Below are positions 1 to 11,766 of a DNA stretch of 64,000 nt, piece after piece. How positions within the stretch are numbered: the first letter of the stretch is position 1; each line of letters starts with the position of its first letter. The DNA is from an uncultured Hyphomicrobiales bacterium (GTDB taxonomy: Bacteria > Pseudomonadota > Alphaproteobacteria > Rhizobiales > Xanthobacteraceae). The translations under genes were made by a program, and so were the position numbers. The notes beneath the pieces are model-generated. The model saw nothing but the letters and a program-made list of their open reading frames with translations. It had not been told where the DNA came from and ran no database searches. The stretch lies in assembly GCA_964620215.1 (NCBI GenBank), contig CAZUJE010000001.1:726-64725 (forward strand). Reading direction: 5' to 3'.

Positions 1-1
1 G

Positions 2-340
2 GCGCTTGAAGCCAGCACCCGCTACCTCGCGGCCGACTTCGGGCCGCAAGGCATCCGCGTGAATGCGATTTCATCGGGCCCGATCCGTACACTCGCGGGC
101 GCGGGCATCACCGATGCGCGCGTCTTGTTCAGTTACATGAACCAGCACTCGCTGCTGCGCCGCGGCGTTTCCATCGATGAGATTGGCGGCTCGGCTGCAT
201 ATCTCCTGTCCGATCTTTCCTCCGGCGTTACCGGCGAAATTCATTACGTCGACTCCGGCTACCATGTCGTCGCGATGCCGAAGCCCGATCGCCTCAAAGA
301 AAGCCTGCTGGCGGACGACGAGAAGAAAGCGGCCGAGTAA
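2..340 (+). CDS. fabI: enoyl-[acyl-carrier-protein] reductase FabI, C-terminal part (5' end outside window)
   Basis: Frame is open from the window edge. Translation ALEASTRYLAADFGPQGIRVNAISSGPIRTLAGAGI...GEIHYVDSGYH matches the C-terminal half of FabI-type SDR reductases. Confidence 0.9.
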   Translation, partial: ALEASTRYLAADFGPQGIRVNAISSGPIRTLAGAGITDARVLFSYMNQHSLLRRGVSIDEIGGSAAYLLSDLSSGVTGEIHYVDSGYHVVAMPKPDRLKESLLADDEKKAAE

Positions 341-399
341 CAGTCTTTCGGCTGCCGATACCTGCCCGGTGAAATTTCCTCGAGCTATCAGAGTCCGCA

Positions 400-1671
400 A
401 TGGCGAAATTGCGCGAGCTTTTGGACCGGCGGCCCCTGGAAGGCCCGAGACTGCCTGGCTGGATAGAACGGCTGGCTTCGGTTGGAATTACCAGCGTCAA
501 TCCCGACATTATCCGAAGACAGCGGTTTACCAATATCGTCGCTTACGCGGCGGCGCTTAACGCCGTATCGCATCTCTTCATCAACGCGACTTACGGGCTG
601 GAGACACTGCTGCCCGCGCACATTTACAACGCTGTTTTTGCGCTGTTGATGTTTTCGATCCCACTGCTTCATCGTTTTGGCGAGAATGTCGCGGCGAACG
701 CGGGCCTCGCGGTCGTGGTGATTGGAAATATTTCCGTCGTATGGATGTTCGGAGTGGTCGCCGGCCTGCACATCTATTTCACGCTCGCCGGCGTCGCCCT
801 GTTCATGCTCGGCGTTCAGCACTGGAAGCAGTTCCTGTTCTGGTTCGTTATTTTTTCAGCGGCGCTGATTGTATCGTTGCGCCTAGCGCCGGTATTCGGG
901 CTGCTTGCGCCAAACAACTACGCATTGCAGGGGACGCTCGCCTGGCATGCGATGATTAATGCGCTCATCATCAATGCCCTCATTATCGTGTACGCGCTGA
1001 TGGCGTTGCGCCGCGCCGAGTTCGAGCTTGAAGAGCAGCGCGCCAAATCAGACGCGCTGGTTCGGATCGTGTTCCCTTCCTCGATCGCAAAGCGGCTGCT
1101 TTCTGGCACGGAACATAAGATCGCTGACCGGCTCGATAATCTGAGCATCTTGTTCGCGGATCTGGTCGGTTTTTCCAGCGCCGCCCATCAGGAAACGCCG
1201 GATCAGGTGATCGGTTATCTCGACGAATTCGTGCGGGTGTTCGACGAACTGTGCGAGCGGCACGAGGTTGAGAAGATCAAGACGATTGGCGACTGCTACA
1301 TGGCGGCGGGCGGAATTCGCGGCTCGAATCAGGAGCAAGCTGCCGCAATCGGCAGGCTGGCGCTTGATATGCTGGCTGCGCAGCACGCCATGCGGCCGCT
1401 GGGGGGGAAATCCCTGACGCTCAGGATAGGGGTCCATTACGGCACCGTGACTGCCGGTATCATCGGCGAAACGCGCTTTACCTATGACATCTGGGGAGAC
1501 GCTGTGAATGTTGCATCCCGCATGGAATCGCACGGCCTCGCCGGGCGTATTCAGGTGAGCGAGCAATTTCGCGACGTGACGCTGGATGCATTCGAATATG
1601 AAGAGCGCGGCACCACGCCGGTTAAAGGGCTTGGTGAAATACGGACCTTTTTCTTGCAACGACTTAAATAA
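400..1671 (+). CDS. membrane-anchored class III adenylate/guanylate cyclase
   Basis: 423-aa ORF. The N-terminal ~200 aa are hydrophobic (several TM helices). The C-terminal cyclase domain has motifs ILFADLVGFS, KTIGDCYMAAGG and GDAVNVASRME. Confidence 0.85.
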   Translation: MAKLRELLDRRPLEGPRLPGWIERLASVGITSVNPDIIRRQRFTNIVAYAAALNAVSHLFINATYGLETLLPAHIYNAVFALLMFSIPLLHRFGENVAANAGLAVVVIGNISVVWMFGVVAGLHIYFTLAGVALFMLGVQHWKQFLFWFVIFSAALIVSLRLAPVFGLLAPNNYALQGTLAWHAMINALIINALIIVYALMALRRAEFELEEQRAKSDALVRIVFPSSIAKRLLSGTEHKIADRLDNLSILFADLVGFSSAAHQETPDQVIGYLDEFVRVFDELCERHEVEKIKTIGDCYMAAGGIRGSNQEQAAAIGRLALDMLAAQHAMRPLGGKSLTLRIGVHYGTVTAGIIGETRFTYDIWGDAVNVASRMESHGLAGRIQVSEQFRDVTLDAFEYEERGTTPVKGLGEIRTFFLQRLK

Positions 1672-1700
1672 AAAGAGGGCGGCGAACCGCCCTCTTTCAA
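1672..1700. terminator. bidirectional rho-independent terminator between convergent cyclase and catalase genes
   Basis: GC stem GAGGGCGG / CCGCCCTC with a 4-nt loop, preceded by an A run and followed by TTTCAATTCTT. It sits in the 47-nt convergent spacer. Confidence 0.6.
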
Positions 1701-1718
1701 TTCTTCGGGTTCGTTTAT

Positions 1719-3236
1719 TTATTCGGCAGCTTCAACACCTTGCGGCATTTTCTGCTGCTGCGCCGTGTTTGCAGCCCTCTCGCGGGTCATCTTCTCAAGG
1801 GTGGCGCGCACGCCCTTGGCATAGTCCGGGTGGACCTTCGCGAAATGCCCGAGCTGTCGCTCGGCGATCTCATCGGGGATGCCCCACATCGCTTCGGCGA
1901 TATTGCTGTAAAGCCGCGCTTTTTGCGCAGCGTCGAACAGGTTGAACAGCGCGGTCACCTGCTTGTAGTCGTCATTTCCGTCTCGATGATTGTAGCGTTC
2001 GGCGTCGCCGGAAATTTTCAGCGGCGGCTCCCTGAAACGGTCGTCCTGCTTCGCCGAGCCTGCGACCGAATTCGGCTCGTAGTAGGCATCGGCGTTGCCG
2101 GTCTTCTGTTCAAAGAACCGCATCGGGCCGTCCTTGTGATAATGATGCACCGGGCAACGCGCGGCGTTCACCGGCAATTGTTCGTAGTGCGTGCCCAGGC
2201 GATAACGGTGTGCGTCGGCATACGAAAAAATTCGGGCCTGCAACATCTTGTCGGGCGAGAAGCCAATCCCCGGCACGATGTTGGATGGCGACAACGCTAC
2301 CTGCTCGATTTCCGAAAAATAGTTTTCCGGATTGCGGTTCAGCTCGAGGACGCCGACATCGATCACCGGATAGTCGCCGTGCGGCCAGACTTTCGTAAGA
2401 TCGAAGGGATTGTACCAGTGCTTGCCCACATCGGCTTCGGGCATCACCTGCACCTGCATCTTCCACTTCGGGAATTCGCCGCGCTCGATTGCATTGAATA
2501 AATCTTCCTGCGTGGACTCACGCGTCTTGCCGACGATTCCTGCCGCCTGCTCATTGGTCCAGTGCTTGTGGCCCTGCATGGTCTTGAAATGGAATTTCAC
2601 CCAGAAGCGCTCGTTCTTCGCGTTCAGGAACGAGAAGGTGTGCGAGCCATAGCCATTAATGTGGCGCACGTCGGTTGGCAGCCCGCGGTCTGACATCAGG
2701 ATCGTGACCTGATGCAGGCTTTCCGGCGATAACGACCAGAAATCCCACATGGCGGTTGGCGAGCGAAGATTTGTTTTTGGGTGACGCTTCTGGGTGTGAA
2801 TGAAGTCTGGGAACTTGTATGGATCGCGCACGAAGAACACCGGCGTGTTGTTGCCGACAAGATCCCAGTTGCCTTCCTTGGTGTAGAACTTGATCGCGAA
2901 GCCGCGCACGTCACGCTCGGCGTCGGCGGCACCGAGCTCGCCCGCGACCGTCGAGAAGCGCAGGATCAGATCGGTCTTGGCGCCCAGCTGCAATGCGTTC
3001 GCCTTGGTGTATTTTGAAATATCGCCGGTGACGGTCAGTGTGCCGTAAGCCCCCCAGCCCTTGGCGTGAACAGTGCGCTCCGGAATACGCTCGCGATTCT
3101 GGTGCGCGAGTTTTTCAATGAGTTGATAGTCTTGGATGAGCACCGGACCGCGCGCGCCGGCGGTGATTGAATTCTGGTTATCGGCGACAGGCGCGCCGGC
3201 GGTGGTTGTGAGTGTCGGATTTTTTGACATGAACAC
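1719..3236 (-). CDS. katA: monofunctional heme catalase
   Basis: 505-aa ORF with catalase hallmarks [27 protein letters not shown] and [14 protein letters not shown]. The start could be the ATG at 3236 or at 3230. Confidence 0.93.
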   Translation of the reverse strand: MFMSKNPTLTTTAGAPVADNQNSITAGARGPVLIQDYQLIEKLAHQNRERIPERTVHAKGWGAYGTLTVTGDISKYTKANALQLGAKTDLILRFSTVAGELGAADAERDVRGFAIKFYTKEGNWDLVGNNTPVFFVRDPYKFPDFIHTQKRHPKTNLRSPTAMWDFWSLSPESLHQVTILMSDRGLPTDVRHINGYGSHTFSFLNAKNERFWVKFHFKTMQGHKHWTNEQAAGIVGKTRESTQEDLFNAIERGEFPKWKMQVQVMPEADVGKHWYNPFDLTKVWPHGDYPVIDVGVLELNRNPENYFSEIEQVALSPSNIVPGIGFSPDKMLQARIFSYADAHRYRLGTHYEQLPVNAARCPVHHYHKDGPMRFFEQKTGNADAYYEPNSVAGSAKQDDRFREPPLKISGDAERYNHRDGNDDYKQVTALFNLFDAAQKARLYSNIAEAMWGIPDEIAERQLGHFAKVHPDYAKGVRATLEKMTRERAANTAQQQKMPQGVEAAE

Positions 3237-3296
3237 CTCCCAATACGAGCAGACCGGATGTTTCCGGCCGCAACTTTCGGCAAAGTGGCTGCTTCC

Positions 3297-3333
3297 TTAG
3301 ATAAGGTCTAATTGTAATAAATGAGAATTATGA
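3297..3333. promoter_or_regulatory. putative OxyR operator in the divergent katA-oxyR spacer
   Basis: AT-rich spacer with TTAG-N7-CTAA dyad, then AAAT-N7-ATGA at the same 7-nt spacing. This resembles the ATAG-N7-CTAT tetrad layout of OxyR sites. Based on motif resemblance only. Confidence 0.35.
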
Positions 3334-3345
3334 TAAGAAAAACTT

Positions 3346-4257
3346 ATGAGCGCGATCACCCTTCGCCAGTTGCGCTATCTGGAAGCGCTTGCGCGGCATC
3401 GGCATTTTGGCCGGGCGGCGGAGGATTGCGCCATTTCGCAGCCTGCACTCTCGATGCAGATCAAGGAGCTGGAGCAAACGCTCGGTCTTGAACTGGTAGA
3501 ACGCCGGACTGGCGAAATCGCGCTGACATCAAAGGGCGAAGAGATCGTGGAACGCGCGTCCAAAATCCTGATTGCCGCGCAGGATCTTGTGGATGCGGCG
3601 AAGCACGGAACAAATATTCTGACAGGTACGCTTCGCCTCGGCGTGATCCCGACGCTTAGTCCATATCTTCTGCCGCGAATTCTCCCACTGTTGCAGAAAA
3701 AATATCCAGAGCTACGCCTGGAATTGCGCGAGACGCAGACCAAACCGATGCTCGACGAACTTGTGCGCGGTAATCTGGATGCGGTGATACTCGCGATGCC
3801 GGTGGAACTTTCGGAACTTGAAGCCGAAAACTTATTCGAGGATCGTTTTCTGCTCGCTGTGCCTGCCGGCGACCCATTACAAAAGCACTCGCGGATTTCG
3901 GCGGATCAATTCGATCCGCGCCGCCTGTTGTTGCTAGAAGAAGGTCACTGCCTGCGCGATCAGGCGCTCGCTTTCTGCGGCCTGCCGCGCGCTGTGGGCT
4001 CGGCCGCACTCGGCGCCACGAGTCTCACGACAGTTCTGCAAATGGTCGCGAGCGGTTACGGCATCACCCTTGTTCCGGAAGTTGCGGTGGAGACAGAAGT
4101 CCGTGACCAGCGCATCAAGCTTATCAATTTCACAAAACCGCAGCCGAGCCGGATGATTGGCTTGGCCTGGCGTAAAACGTCGCCGCGCAAGGCGGATTTT
4201 GCTGCACTCGGCGAGCTTGTGAAATCCGCGCTCAGCCAAAAGAGTCGGCGTAAATAA
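3346..4257 (+). CDS. oxyR: LysR-family hydrogen peroxide-sensing regulator OxyR
   Basis: 303-aa ORF with an N-terminal LysR HTH (LRYLEALARHRHFGRAAEDCAISQPALS) and the redox cysteine context EEGHCLRDQALAFC. It is divergent from the catalase gene. Confidence 0.9.
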   Translation: MSAITLRQLRYLEALARHRHFGRAAEDCAISQPALSMQIKELEQTLGLELVERRTGEIALTSKGEEIVERASKILIAAQDLVDAAKHGTNILTGTLRLGVIPTLSPYLLPRILPLLQKKYPELRLELRETQTKPMLDELVRGNLDAVILAMPVELSELEAENLFEDRFLLAVPAGDPLQKHSRISADQFDPRRLLLLEEGHCLRDQALAFCGLPRAVGSAALGATSLTTVLQMVASGYGITLVPEVAVETEVRDQRIKLINFTKPQPSRMIGLAWRKTSPRKADFAALGELVKSALSQKSRRK

Positions 4258-4292
4258 AAACGAGGCGGCTGAAAGGCCGCCTCGTTCGTTTC
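4256..4292. terminator. bidirectional rho-independent terminator between oxyR and pnp
   Basis: Stem CGAGGCGGC / GCCGCCTCG with loop TGAAAG, an A run upstream and a T-rich tract downstream, in a convergent spacer. Confidence 0.6.
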
Positions 4293-4307
4293 GTCTATGA
4301 AGAAAAA

Positions 4308-6461
4308 TTACTCAGCGGCGGGTGCCGCCTCGCCTTCGGTTTTCTGTTTCGCTTCGAGATCCTCGCCGGTCTTCTGATCGACCACCTTCATCGATAGCCG
4401 CACCTTGCCGCGGTCGTCGAAGCCGAGGAGCTTCACCTTTACCTTGTCGCCTTCTTTCACCACGTCCGACGTCTTGTTCACGCGGTGCGGCGCGAGGGCC
4501 GAAATATGAACGAGGCCATCCTTCGGACCGAAGAAGTTTACGAAGGCGCCGAAGTCCACCACTTTCACGACGGTACCGTCGTAAATGGTGCCGACTTCCG
4601 GCTCCGAGACGATGGTCTTGATCCAGTTCAGTGCAGCCTTGATCGACTCTCCACTGGCGGAAGCCACCTTCACCGTGCCGTTGTCCTCGACGTTGATCTT
4701 GGCGCCGGTCTTTTCCACGATTTCGCGGATCACCTTGCCGCCGGTGCCGATCACTTCGCGGATCTTGTCGACCGGAATCTGGATCACTTCGATGCGCGGA
4801 GCATGTTCGCCCAGTTCCGGGCGGGCGACGGTGAGCGCCTTCGCCATTTCGCCAAGGATGTGCAGACGGCCATCCTTCGCCTGGGTCAGCGCCACCTTCA
4901 TGATCTCTTCGGTGATGCCGGCGATCTTGATGTCCATCTGTAGTGCGGTGACGCCCTTGTCGGTGCCAGCCACCTTGAAGTCCATGTCGCCGAGATGATC
5001 CTCGTCGCCGAGAATGTCGGAGAGCACGGCGAACTTCTTGTCTTCAAGGATGAGGCCCATCGCAATGCCCGCGACCGGACGGCGGAGCGGAACGCCCGCG
5101 TCCATAAGAGCCAGCGAGGTGCCGCATACGGTCGCCATCGAGCTTGAGCCGTTCGACTCCCAGATTTCCGACACGATACGCAGCGTGTATGGGAACTCAT
5201 GATTGGGCGGCAGGATCGGATGGATTGCGCGCCATGCGAGTTTGCCGTGACCGATTTCGCGGCGGCCCGGGGCACCGGTGCGGCCGGTCTCGCCAACGGA
5301 GAAGTGCGGGAAGTTATAGTGCAGCAGGAATGTTTCCTTATACGTTCCCGTCAGCGCGTCGATGAACTGCTCATCTTCGCCCGTGCCGAGCGTCGCGACG
5401 CACATCGCCTGCGTCTCGCCGCGGGTGAAGAGCGCCGAGCCGTGTGTGCGCGGAAGCACACCGACTTCGGCAACGATCGGACGGACGGTTTTCCCATCAC
5501 GGCCGTCGATGCGCTTACCGGTGTCGAGAATGGAATTGCGAACGACTTTCGCTTCCAGTTCCTTGAACACGCCAAGGACGCGGGTCATAGCCGGCGCATC
5601 CTTGTCGCCTTCGGCCGGAGTGAATGCTTCCTTCACCTTGGCCTTGGCGGCGTCCACCGCCTTGTGGCGTCCCTGTTTCTCGCGGATCGAATAAGCAGCG
5701 CGGAGATCGGATTCAACCAGCGAGGCGATCTTCTTCTCGATCGCGCTGTTGTCGATCACCTGAAGCTCGCGCGGCTCCTTCGCCGCTTTCTCAGCCAAAC
5801 GAATAATCATGTCGATCACCGGCTGGAAGTGCTTGTGGCCGAACATGACCGAGCCGAGCATCACTTCTTCCGGCAATTCCTTCGCTTCGGATTCCACCAT
5901 CAACACGGCGTCGGTGGTTCCGGCGACGACGAGTTCAAGGCTCGACTCCTTCATCTCGTCGATTTGCGGATTCAGAACATACTCATTGTTGATGAAGCCG
6001 ACGCGGGCGGCGCCGATCGGACCCTGAAAGGGCGCGCCGGAGAGCGTGAGGGCGGCCGAGGCCGCGACCATCGCCACGATGTCCGGATCGTTCTCCAGGT
6101 CGTGCGAGAGCACGTTGATGGTGATCTGCGTGTCGCAGCGCCAGCCGTCGGCGAACAGCGGACGGATCGGGCGGTCGATGAGACGCGAAATCAGCGTGTC
6201 GCGTTCGGTCGGACCGCGCTCGCGCTTGAAGTAGCCGCCCGGGATACGGCCCGCGGCGTAGAATTTTTCCTGGTAGTTGACGGTAAGCGGAAGAAAATCG
6301 ATTCCGGGCTTTGGCTCTTTCGCTGCCACAACGGCGGCAAGAACAGTGGTGTCGCCGTAGGTGGCGAGCACGGCGCCATCAGCCTGGCGCGCAGCGCGGC
6401 CGGTTTCGAGAACTAGCTTGCGGCCTCCCCAGTCGATTTCTTCACGATGAATGTTGAACAT
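4308..6461 (-). CDS. pnp: polyribonucleotide nucleotidyltransferase (PNPase)
   Basis: The ORF track entry is 4308-6524. The family-typical N-terminus [21 protein letters not shown] starts at residue 22, hence 6461. Two RNase PH domains plus KH and S1 are recognisable ([27 protein letters not shown]). Confidence 0.96.
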   Translation of the reverse strand: MFNIHREEIDWGGRKLVLETGRAARQADGAVLATYGDTTVLAAVVAAKEPKPGIDFLPLTVNYQEKFYAAGRIPGGYFKRERGPTERDTLISRLIDRPIRPLFADGWRCDTQITINVLSHDLENDPDIVAMVAASAALTLSGAPFQGPIGAARVGFINNEYVLNPQIDEMKESSLELVVAGTTDAVLMVESEAKELPEEVMLGSVMFGHKHFQPVIDMIIRLAEKAAKEPRELQVIDNSAIEKKIASLVESDLRAAYSIREKQGRHKAVDAAKAKVKEAFTPAEGDKDAPAMTRVLGVFKELEAKVVRNSILDTGKRIDGRDGKTVRPIVAEVGVLPRTHGSALFTRGETQAMCVATLGTGEDEQFIDALTGTYKETFLLHYNFPHFSVGETGRTGAPGRREIGHGKLAWRAIHPILPPNHEFPYTLRIVSEIWESNGSSSMATVCGTSLALMDAGVPLRRPVAGIAMGLILEDKKFAVLSDILGDEDHLGDMDFKVAGTDKGVTALQMDIKIAGITEEIMKVALTQAKDGRLHILGEMAKALTVARPELGEHAPRIEVIQIPVDKIREVIGTGGKVIREIVEKTGAKINVEDNGTVKVASASGESIKAALNWIKTIVSEPEVGTIYDGTVVKVVDFGAFVNFFGPKDGLVHISALAPHRVNKTSDVVKEGDKVKVKLLGFDDRGKVRLSMKVVDQKTGEDLEAKQKTEGEAAPAAE

Positions 6462-6524
6462 TGATATTTTCCATGGCTTGCGGAGAGGGAAAGCCATGGG
6501 CAAGACGGCAAGAGGCTCGCCCAC

Positions 6525-6649
6525 GCGCTGTCGCGCGTATTGGGGTGAGCATCCAACGATCCTGCCATGACTTTCGATCTTCCATCGGTTATGCGGCGGC
6601 CCTGCCGCCGCTGTGATCCGCGCGATCCATTGACCGCGCGGAGTGCGAA
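6525..6649 (-). promoter_or_regulatory. rpsO terminator / pnp leader stem-loops
   Basis: Three hairpins on the minus strand: TCCGCGCG/CGCGCGGA (about 6617-6642), GCGGCGGC/GCCGCCGC (6593-6611) and ACGCGC/GCGCGT near 6526-6541. The position matches the structured rpsO-pnp spacer known from other bacteria. Confidence 0.5.
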
Positions 6650-6919
6650 TTAGCGGCGGATATCCAGCCGCTCAATCAGTTTCTTGTAACGCCCTTCGTC
6701 CTGAGACTTCAGGTAGTCGAGAAGGCTACGCCGCTGCGCGACCATTTTCAGGAGTCCGCGCCGCGAATGATTGTCCTTCACGTGGCTTTTGAAATGTTCG
6801 GTCAGGTTGTTGATTCTCTCGGAGAGGATCGCGACCTGCACCTCGGGCGAGCCAGTGTCGCCTTGCTTGGTGGCATAGTCTTTTACGAGCGCCTGCTTGC
6901 GCTCAGCCGTAATCGACAT
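6650..6919 (-). CDS. rpsO: 30S ribosomal protein S15
   Basis: 89-aa product [44 protein letters not shown]... from the internal ATG of ORF 6650-7015. Confidence 0.96.
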   Translation of the reverse strand: MSITAERKQALVKDYATKQGDTGSPEVQVAILSERINNLTEHFKSHVKDNHSRRGLLKMVAQRRSLLDYLKSQDEGRYKKLIERLDIRR

Positions 6920-7088
6920 CGGATGTTCCTTCTGTTCGGGTTTATGGGAACGGCAGTGGCCGGGATGTCGTCCAGCCATGTCGCTTTTTGGTTGAGTGCG
7001 CCCAAGGCGGCTCAACTGGCGGGCAATATAGCGATATTCGCCGGGTGTTCCAGTGCGGAAAAGGCCAGCAAACCTGCCTGAATCAGGC

Positions 7089-8012
7089 TCATCTGGGCAA
7101 ATTGAAGATGCGTTTGGGCTTTAGCGAGCCCTGTTCGATCTCGGCAAGCGCCACCAGCGCGCCTTGTGCGCTGACCGAAACAAGACCCTCCATGATCGGC
7201 GCATCACGGCCGCGAAGGAGAACCGGCTGGCCTTGAGTGAGCCGCTGTGCGTCGTTGCTGCTTACATTCAGTGCGGGCAGGGACATCAGTCCTTCTTCGA
7301 CGGGTAGAAGATGTGAGGCGAGGCCCGCTTCGCCTTCCAGCTCCGAAATCTTCTTCAATGCGTCGATGGAAATCGACCGGGTCTCGCCGAATAACCCGAC
7401 CAGCGTGCGGCGCAAATTGATGACATGTCCGAAACAGCCAAGGCGGCGGCCCATGTCGCGGGCAAGCGCGCGGATATAGGTGCCTTTGCCGCATTCGACC
7501 TCGAATACGGAATGCTCGGTTTCCGGCGAAGCAACGAGACCCAGTGAATGAACTTCGATCTGCCGCGATGCGAGTTCAACTTCTTCACCCGCACGCGCAA
7601 GATCGTATGCTCGTTCGCCGTCGATCTTGAGTGCGGAGAAGCGCGGCGGGGTTTGTTCGATTAGGCCGGTAAATTCCGGCAACAGCGCACGGATTGCATC
7701 TTCATGCGGGCGCATATCGGAATTGGCTACCGCTTTTCCTTCGGCATCATCCGTATCCGTCTCGATGCCCCAGCGCACTGTGAAACGATAGATTTTCCTG
7801 CCGTCCATCACGAATGGAACGGTCTTGGTCGCTTCGCCCAAAGCAATAGGAAGAATTCCGGAAGCCAGCGGATCGAGCGTCCCGGCATGGCCAACCTTCT
7901 TCGCTCGAAAAATCCGCTTGATGGCGCCGACTGCGCCGGTTGAAGTTTCGCCCACAGCTTTATCGAGAACGATCCAGCCATGAACGTCCCGCCGCTCGAT
8001 ACGCTTCTGCAT
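7089..8012 (-). CDS. truB: tRNA pseudouridine(55) synthase TruB
   Basis: 307-aa ORF with motif [16 protein letters not shown], in the conserved position between rpsO and rbfA. Confidence 0.94.
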   Translation of the reverse strand: MQKRIERRDVHGWIVLDKAVGETSTGAVGAIKRIFRAKKVGHAGTLDPLASGILPIALGEATKTVPFVMDGRKIYRFTVRWGIETDTDDAEGKAVANSDMRPHEDAIRALLPEFTGLIEQTPPRFSALKIDGERAYDLARAGEEVELASRQIEVHSLGLVASPETEHSVFEVECGKGTYIRALARDMGRRLGCFGHVINLRRTLVGLFGETRSISIDALKKISELEGEAGLASHLLPVEEGLMSLPALNVSSNDAQRLTQGQPVLLRGRDAPIMEGLVSVSAQGALVALAEIEQGSLKPKRIFNLPR

Positions 8013-8425
8013 CAGGATTTATTGTCCTCGCCGCGGGAAATGTCGCGTACGACTTCCGGCGAGCGAAGCAATTTTTCGATCCGTTCCGCTTCGTCAAATC
8101 GCTCATCGATCATGAAACGGATATCCGGAGCGAATTTCATATTGACGCGCTTTACGATTTCGCCGCGCAGGAATTTCCGGTTGCGCTCTAAGGATTCGAC
8201 CACCGCTTCCTTGTTACGGCCGCCGAGCGGCATCACGTAAATGGTCGCGAGCCGGAGGTCGGGACTCATCCGCACCTCTGGTACGGTAACCACGTGCTTT
8301 GCCAGCACCTCGTCAAAGTCGGAACCGCGCGAAAGCACTTCCGAAAGGGCATGACGGATCAGTTCGCCGACGCGCAACTGGCGCTGGCCGGGAACTGATG
8401 ATTTTTCGCTGCGGTGTTTTTTCAT
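8012..8425 (-). CDS. rbfA: ribosome-binding factor A
   Basis: 137-aa [21 protein letters not shown]...[19 protein letters not shown]. There is a 1-nt overlap with the truB start. Confidence 0.93.
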   Translation of the reverse strand: MKKHRSEKSSVPGQRQLRVGELIRHALSEVLSRGSDFDEVLAKHVVTVPEVRMSPDLRLATIYVMPLGGRNKEAVVESLERNRKFLRGEIVKRVNMKFAPDIRFMIDERFDEAERIEKLLRSPEVVRDISRGEDNKS

Positions 8426-8431
8426 GATCTG

Positions 8432-8463
8432 ACGCCGTTCCGGGATTGAACCGGAAACGGCGT
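8432..8463 (-). other. intergenic stem-loop between infB and rbfA
   Basis: 12-13 bp inverted repeat ACGCCGTTCCGG / CCGGAAACGGCGT (one bulge) in the 53-nt spacer, with no T tract. Its function (processing site or attenuator) is unknown. Confidence 0.4.
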
Positions 8464-8478
8464 TCCAGTTTCAGCGGA

Positions 8479-11058
8479 TCAGAGTGTGCGCTTGATGCTT
8501 TCGACGCGGTAGCACTCGATCAGGTCGCCCTTGCGGATGTCCTCGTAGGACTCGAATGACATGCCGCATTCCTGGCCGGCGAGCACTTCACGCGCGTCGT
8601 CCTTGAAGCGCTTCAGGGTCGAGAGCTTGCCTTCGTGGATGACGATGTCGTCGCGGACCAGGCGCACATTGGCGCCGCGCTCGACCTTGCCTTCGGTGAC
8701 GCGGCAACCGGCGACCTTGCCGATCTTGGATACGTCGAAGACTTCGAGGATCTCGGCCTTACCGAGCGCGGTCTCGCGCAGCGTGGGCGCGAGCAGGCCG
8801 GACATGGCCCCTTTTACGTCATCTACGAGATTATAGATGATGTTGTAGTAGCGAATTTCGTTGCCCGCGCGCTCGGCCTTTTCGCGCGCTTCCTTGTGGG
8901 CACGCACGTTGAAGCCGATGATAGCCGCACCGGAAGTTTCGGCGAGCGTCACATCGGACTCGGTGATCGCGCCGACACCCGCGTGCAGCACGCGCGCCAT
9001 CACTTCCTCGGTGCCGAGTTTTTCAAGTGCGCTCACGATCGCTTCGACCGAACCCTGCACGTCGCCCTTTATGAGCAACGGGAATTCCTTGCGGCCGGCG
9101 GTCTTGAGCTGGCTCATCATCTGTTCGAGGGAACCGCCAGTCTTCATGCCTTGGGCGGATTTCTCGCGGCGTTCGCGCTGACGATAATCGGTGACTTCCC
9201 GCGCGCGAGCTTCGTTTTCAACCACGGCCAGACGATCGCCGGCTTCCGGCGTGCCGGCGAATCCAAGCACCTCAACCGGCATCGAGGGGCTGGCGGTTTC
9301 CACCTGCTTGCCCTGATCGGTTACGAGTGCGCGCACGCGGCCCCATTCCGCGCCGGCAACCACGATGTCGCCAACCCGCAAGGTGCCGCGCTGGACGAGA
9401 ACGGTCGCGACCGGGCCACGGCCACGGTCGAGTTTTGCTTCGATCACCGTGCCTTCGGCGGCGCGGTCCGGATTGGCGCGCAAGTCGAGAATTTCGGCTT
9501 GCAGGGCGATCATTTCCAGCAGCTTGTCGAGATTGGTTTTCTTGGTGGCGGAAACCTCGACCTCAAGCGTTTCGCCGCCGAGCGATTCCACCTGCACTTC
9601 ATGTTGCAGAAGTTCGGTGCGAACGCGCTCAGGCTTGGCGTCGGATTTGTCGATCTTGTTGATCGCGACAATCATCGGCACCTTGCCGGCGCGCGCGTGA
9701 TTGATCGCCTCAACCGTCTGCGGCTTCACACCGTCATCGGCGGCGACAACAAGAACGACAAGATCGGTAACCTTGGCGCCGCGGGCGCGCATCGCGGTGA
9801 AGGCGGCGTGACCCGGCGTGTCGATGAAGGTGACCTTGGCGCCGGTTTTCGTTGTGACCTGATAGGCGCCGATATGCTGGGTGATGCCGCCGGCTTCGCC
9901 GGCAACAACATCAGTTTGGCGAATTGAATCGAGCAACGATGTTTTGCCGTGATCGACATGGCCCATGATGGTGACGACCGCGGGACGGGGCTGTAGATGC
10001 TCTGCATCGTCCGCGGTGTCGAACAGGCCTTCCACTACGTCCGCTTCGGAGACGCGCTTGACCGTGTGGCCCATTTCCTCGGCGACCAGTTGCGCGGTAT
10101 CCGCGTCGATCGCGTCGGTAATTTTCAGCATCTGGCCTTGCGCCATCAAAAGCCGGATCACGTCCACACCGCGTTCGGCCATGCGGTTGGCGAGTTCCTG
10201 AATGGTGATGGTTTCGGGAAGCACGACTTCACGCACGATCTTTTCCTTCGGCTCGTCCGAGGGACGATGTCCGGTCATGCGCTGGGTGCGGCGGCGGAAC
10301 GAGGCGATTGAGCGCTGGCGTTCGTCGGCGTTGGAAAGGGCTGTGACAACCGTCAGGCGTCCGCGGCGGCGTTCTTCACCGCCAGTGCGAGCAGGTTTTG
10401 GCGGAGGGGCGGCCTTGCTGCCGCGATGTTTGGAGCGCGGGCCGTCGTCATCTTCCTCAAGGGTAAGCACGCCGCGCGGAGCCGGCTTGGTGGGGTCTTC
10501 TCCACCAAACCGCTTGCGGGCTTCCAGCTCGGCCTTGCGTTTTTTCTCTTCTTCCGAAGCGCGGCGGGTTTCTTCTTCGGTCTTTCGTTTTTCAGCGGCT
10601 TCCCGTTCGGCACGGTCGATCGCATCCCGGCTGGCGCGGCGCTTGGCGTCTTCTTCGGCAGAACGGCGGTCTTCCGCCTCACGGGAGCGGGCGTCATCGA
10701 GCGCCTTACTGCGGTTGGTGCGCTCTTCTTCCGTGAGCGTGCGAAGGACAACGCCGGAAGGTTTCAGCTCGCTGGAAGCGGCCGGTTTGGCGGCGCGGCT
10801 TTTTGCTGCTGCAGGTGCCGCTTCAGCCGCAGCAGGAGCGGCGCGTGGCGCAACTTTTGGCGCTTCCGGTGCGGGTTCCGCCTTTGCATCACCCGGGCCG
10901 ACGACACGGCGCTTTACCGTTTCAACGACGACTTCCTTGGAGCGGCCGTGGCTGAAACTTTGGCGCACGGTTCCCTTGCCCGAGGTCCGCTTGATCGTAA
11001 GCGTCTTCGAGGGCGCCACGCGCAGGGTTTTTTCGCCAGTGTCTTTCGTGTCGGCCAT
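8479..11058 (-). CDS. infB: translation initiation factor IF-2
   Basis: 859-aa ORF with a charged low-complexity N-terminal region and a GTPase core ([25 protein letters not shown]). Confidence 0.97.
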   Translation of the reverse strand: MADTKDTGEKTLRVAPSKTLTIKRTSGKGTVRQSFSHGRSKEVVVETVKRRVVGPGDAKAEPAPEAPKVAPRAAPAAAEAAPAAAKSRAAKPAASSELKPSGVVLRTLTEEERTNRSKALDDARSREAEDRRSAEEDAKRRASRDAIDRAEREAAEKRKTEEETRRASEEEKKRKAELEARKRFGGEDPTKPAPRGVLTLEEDDDGPRSKHRGSKAAPPPKPARTGGEERRRGRLTVVTALSNADERQRSIASFRRRTQRMTGHRPSDEPKEKIVREVVLPETITIQELANRMAERGVDVIRLLMAQGQMLKITDAIDADTAQLVAEEMGHTVKRVSEADVVEGLFDTADDAEHLQPRPAVVTIMGHVDHGKTSLLDSIRQTDVVAGEAGGITQHIGAYQVTTKTGAKVTFIDTPGHAAFTAMRARGAKVTDLVVLVVAADDGVKPQTVEAINHARAGKVPMIVAINKIDKSDAKPERVRTELLQHEVQVESLGGETLEVEVSATKKTNLDKLLEMIALQAEILDLRANPDRAAEGTVIEAKLDRGRGPVATVLVQRGTLRVGDIVVAGAEWGRVRALVTDQGKQVETASPSMPVEVLGFAGTPEAGDRLAVVENEARAREVTDYRQRERREKSAQGMKTGGSLEQMMSQLKTAGRKEFPLLIKGDVQGSVEAIVSALEKLGTEEVMARVLHAGVGAITESDVTLAETSGAAIIGFNVRAHKEAREKAERAGNEIRYYNIIYNLVDDVKGAMSGLLAPTLRETALGKAEILEVFDVSKIGKVAGCRVTEGKVERGANVRLVRDDIVIHEGKLSTLKRFKDDAREVLAGQECGMSFESYEDIRKGDLIECYRVESIKRTL

Positions 11059-11073
11059 TCGTTCCCAAGTCCT

Positions 11074-11766
11074 TTAGTCTTGCTGTGCGCCACCCTCGGA
11101 CGCCGGTTTGTCACCGTCCAGATCGCCGTTCCGCCAGCGATCAAGTCTCAGACAGCGCGAGAGAAAAGCCGTGCTGACGGGGTGCGTAAGCAGGGCAGCA
11201 TGTACCACATTTGACCGCCCGAGCGCCAAGTCCAATTGCTCCCCGCGGAAGGGAGAAATCCGTTCCGGATGCGGCTTTCCGGCTTTTTCGGCGCGATCGG
11301 CGGCCTGGTTCAGCTTTCTGATGCCGTCCTGAGCCGCATCCTTGGCATGTAGAAGCAGGCAGACATCCTGCTCCATGAGCGCCTTCTCGATTTTTGAGAA
11401 GCCGTTGATTACCGCCCCGGCCTTGTTGGCCATGGACAACGAGGACAGTGCCGACTTCTCAAGTAGGGCTTCAACCACATCGGGCAAGTCCGCATCGGTT
11501 GAAAACTTTCCCCGGAACGCCCGCGACAGCGCCTTGTCTGCGAGGGTCTTTTCCAGCGCCTTGCGGGTAGCCGTGACCCAGGCGCCGCGGCCGGGCAGTT
11601 TTCGCTCAATATCCGCAATGATCCGTCCGTCGGGTCCGGCAACAAGACGAATCATTTGGTCGATTGGTTTTACTTTCCGCGACGCCAGACAAAGCCGCTC
11701 AGTCTCGCCGCGCGATGCGGCAAGACCATTGTCGGTTTCATCGAGTTCGGCGTCTGCCAGCATCAA
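11074..11766 (-). CDS. YlxR-like (DUF448) RNA-binding protein with a C-terminal L7Ae-like part
   Basis: 230-aa ORF between nusA and infB, with the motif RLCLASRKVKPIDQMIRLV...LPGRGAWV. There is a 4-nt overlap with the nusA stop. Confidence 0.8.
   Translation of the reverse strand: MMLADAELDETDNGLAASRGETERLCLASRKVKPIDQMIRLVAGPDGRIIADIERKLPGRGAWVTATRKALEKTLADKALSRAFRGKFSTDADLPDVVEALLEKSALSSLSMANKAGAVINGFSKIEKALMEQDVCLLLHAKDAAQDGIRKLNQAADRAEKAGKPHPERISPFRGEQLDLALGRSNVVHAALLTHPVSTAFLSRCLRLDRWRNGDLDGDKPASEGGAQQD

Noticed and set aside
5199-6416. Long ORFs antisense to housekeeping genes. This 405-aa ORF lies opposite pnp. Similar cases are 8635-9927 and 10202-11077 opposite infB, 11664-13172 opposite nusA, 21483-22448 opposite miaB, 27458-28291 opposite the adenosine kinase gene, 37385-38521 opposite the PBP gene, 40288-41301 opposite phaZ, 43078-43869 opposite regB, and 55109-55924 and 58598-59311 opposite the alpha-2-macroglobulin gene.
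   Set aside because: Each is fully embedded opposite a gene with unmistakable family motifs. Their translations are Arg/Ala/Gly/His-rich low-complexity strings with no recognisable domains. Long stop-free antisense frames are expected in high-GC DNA.
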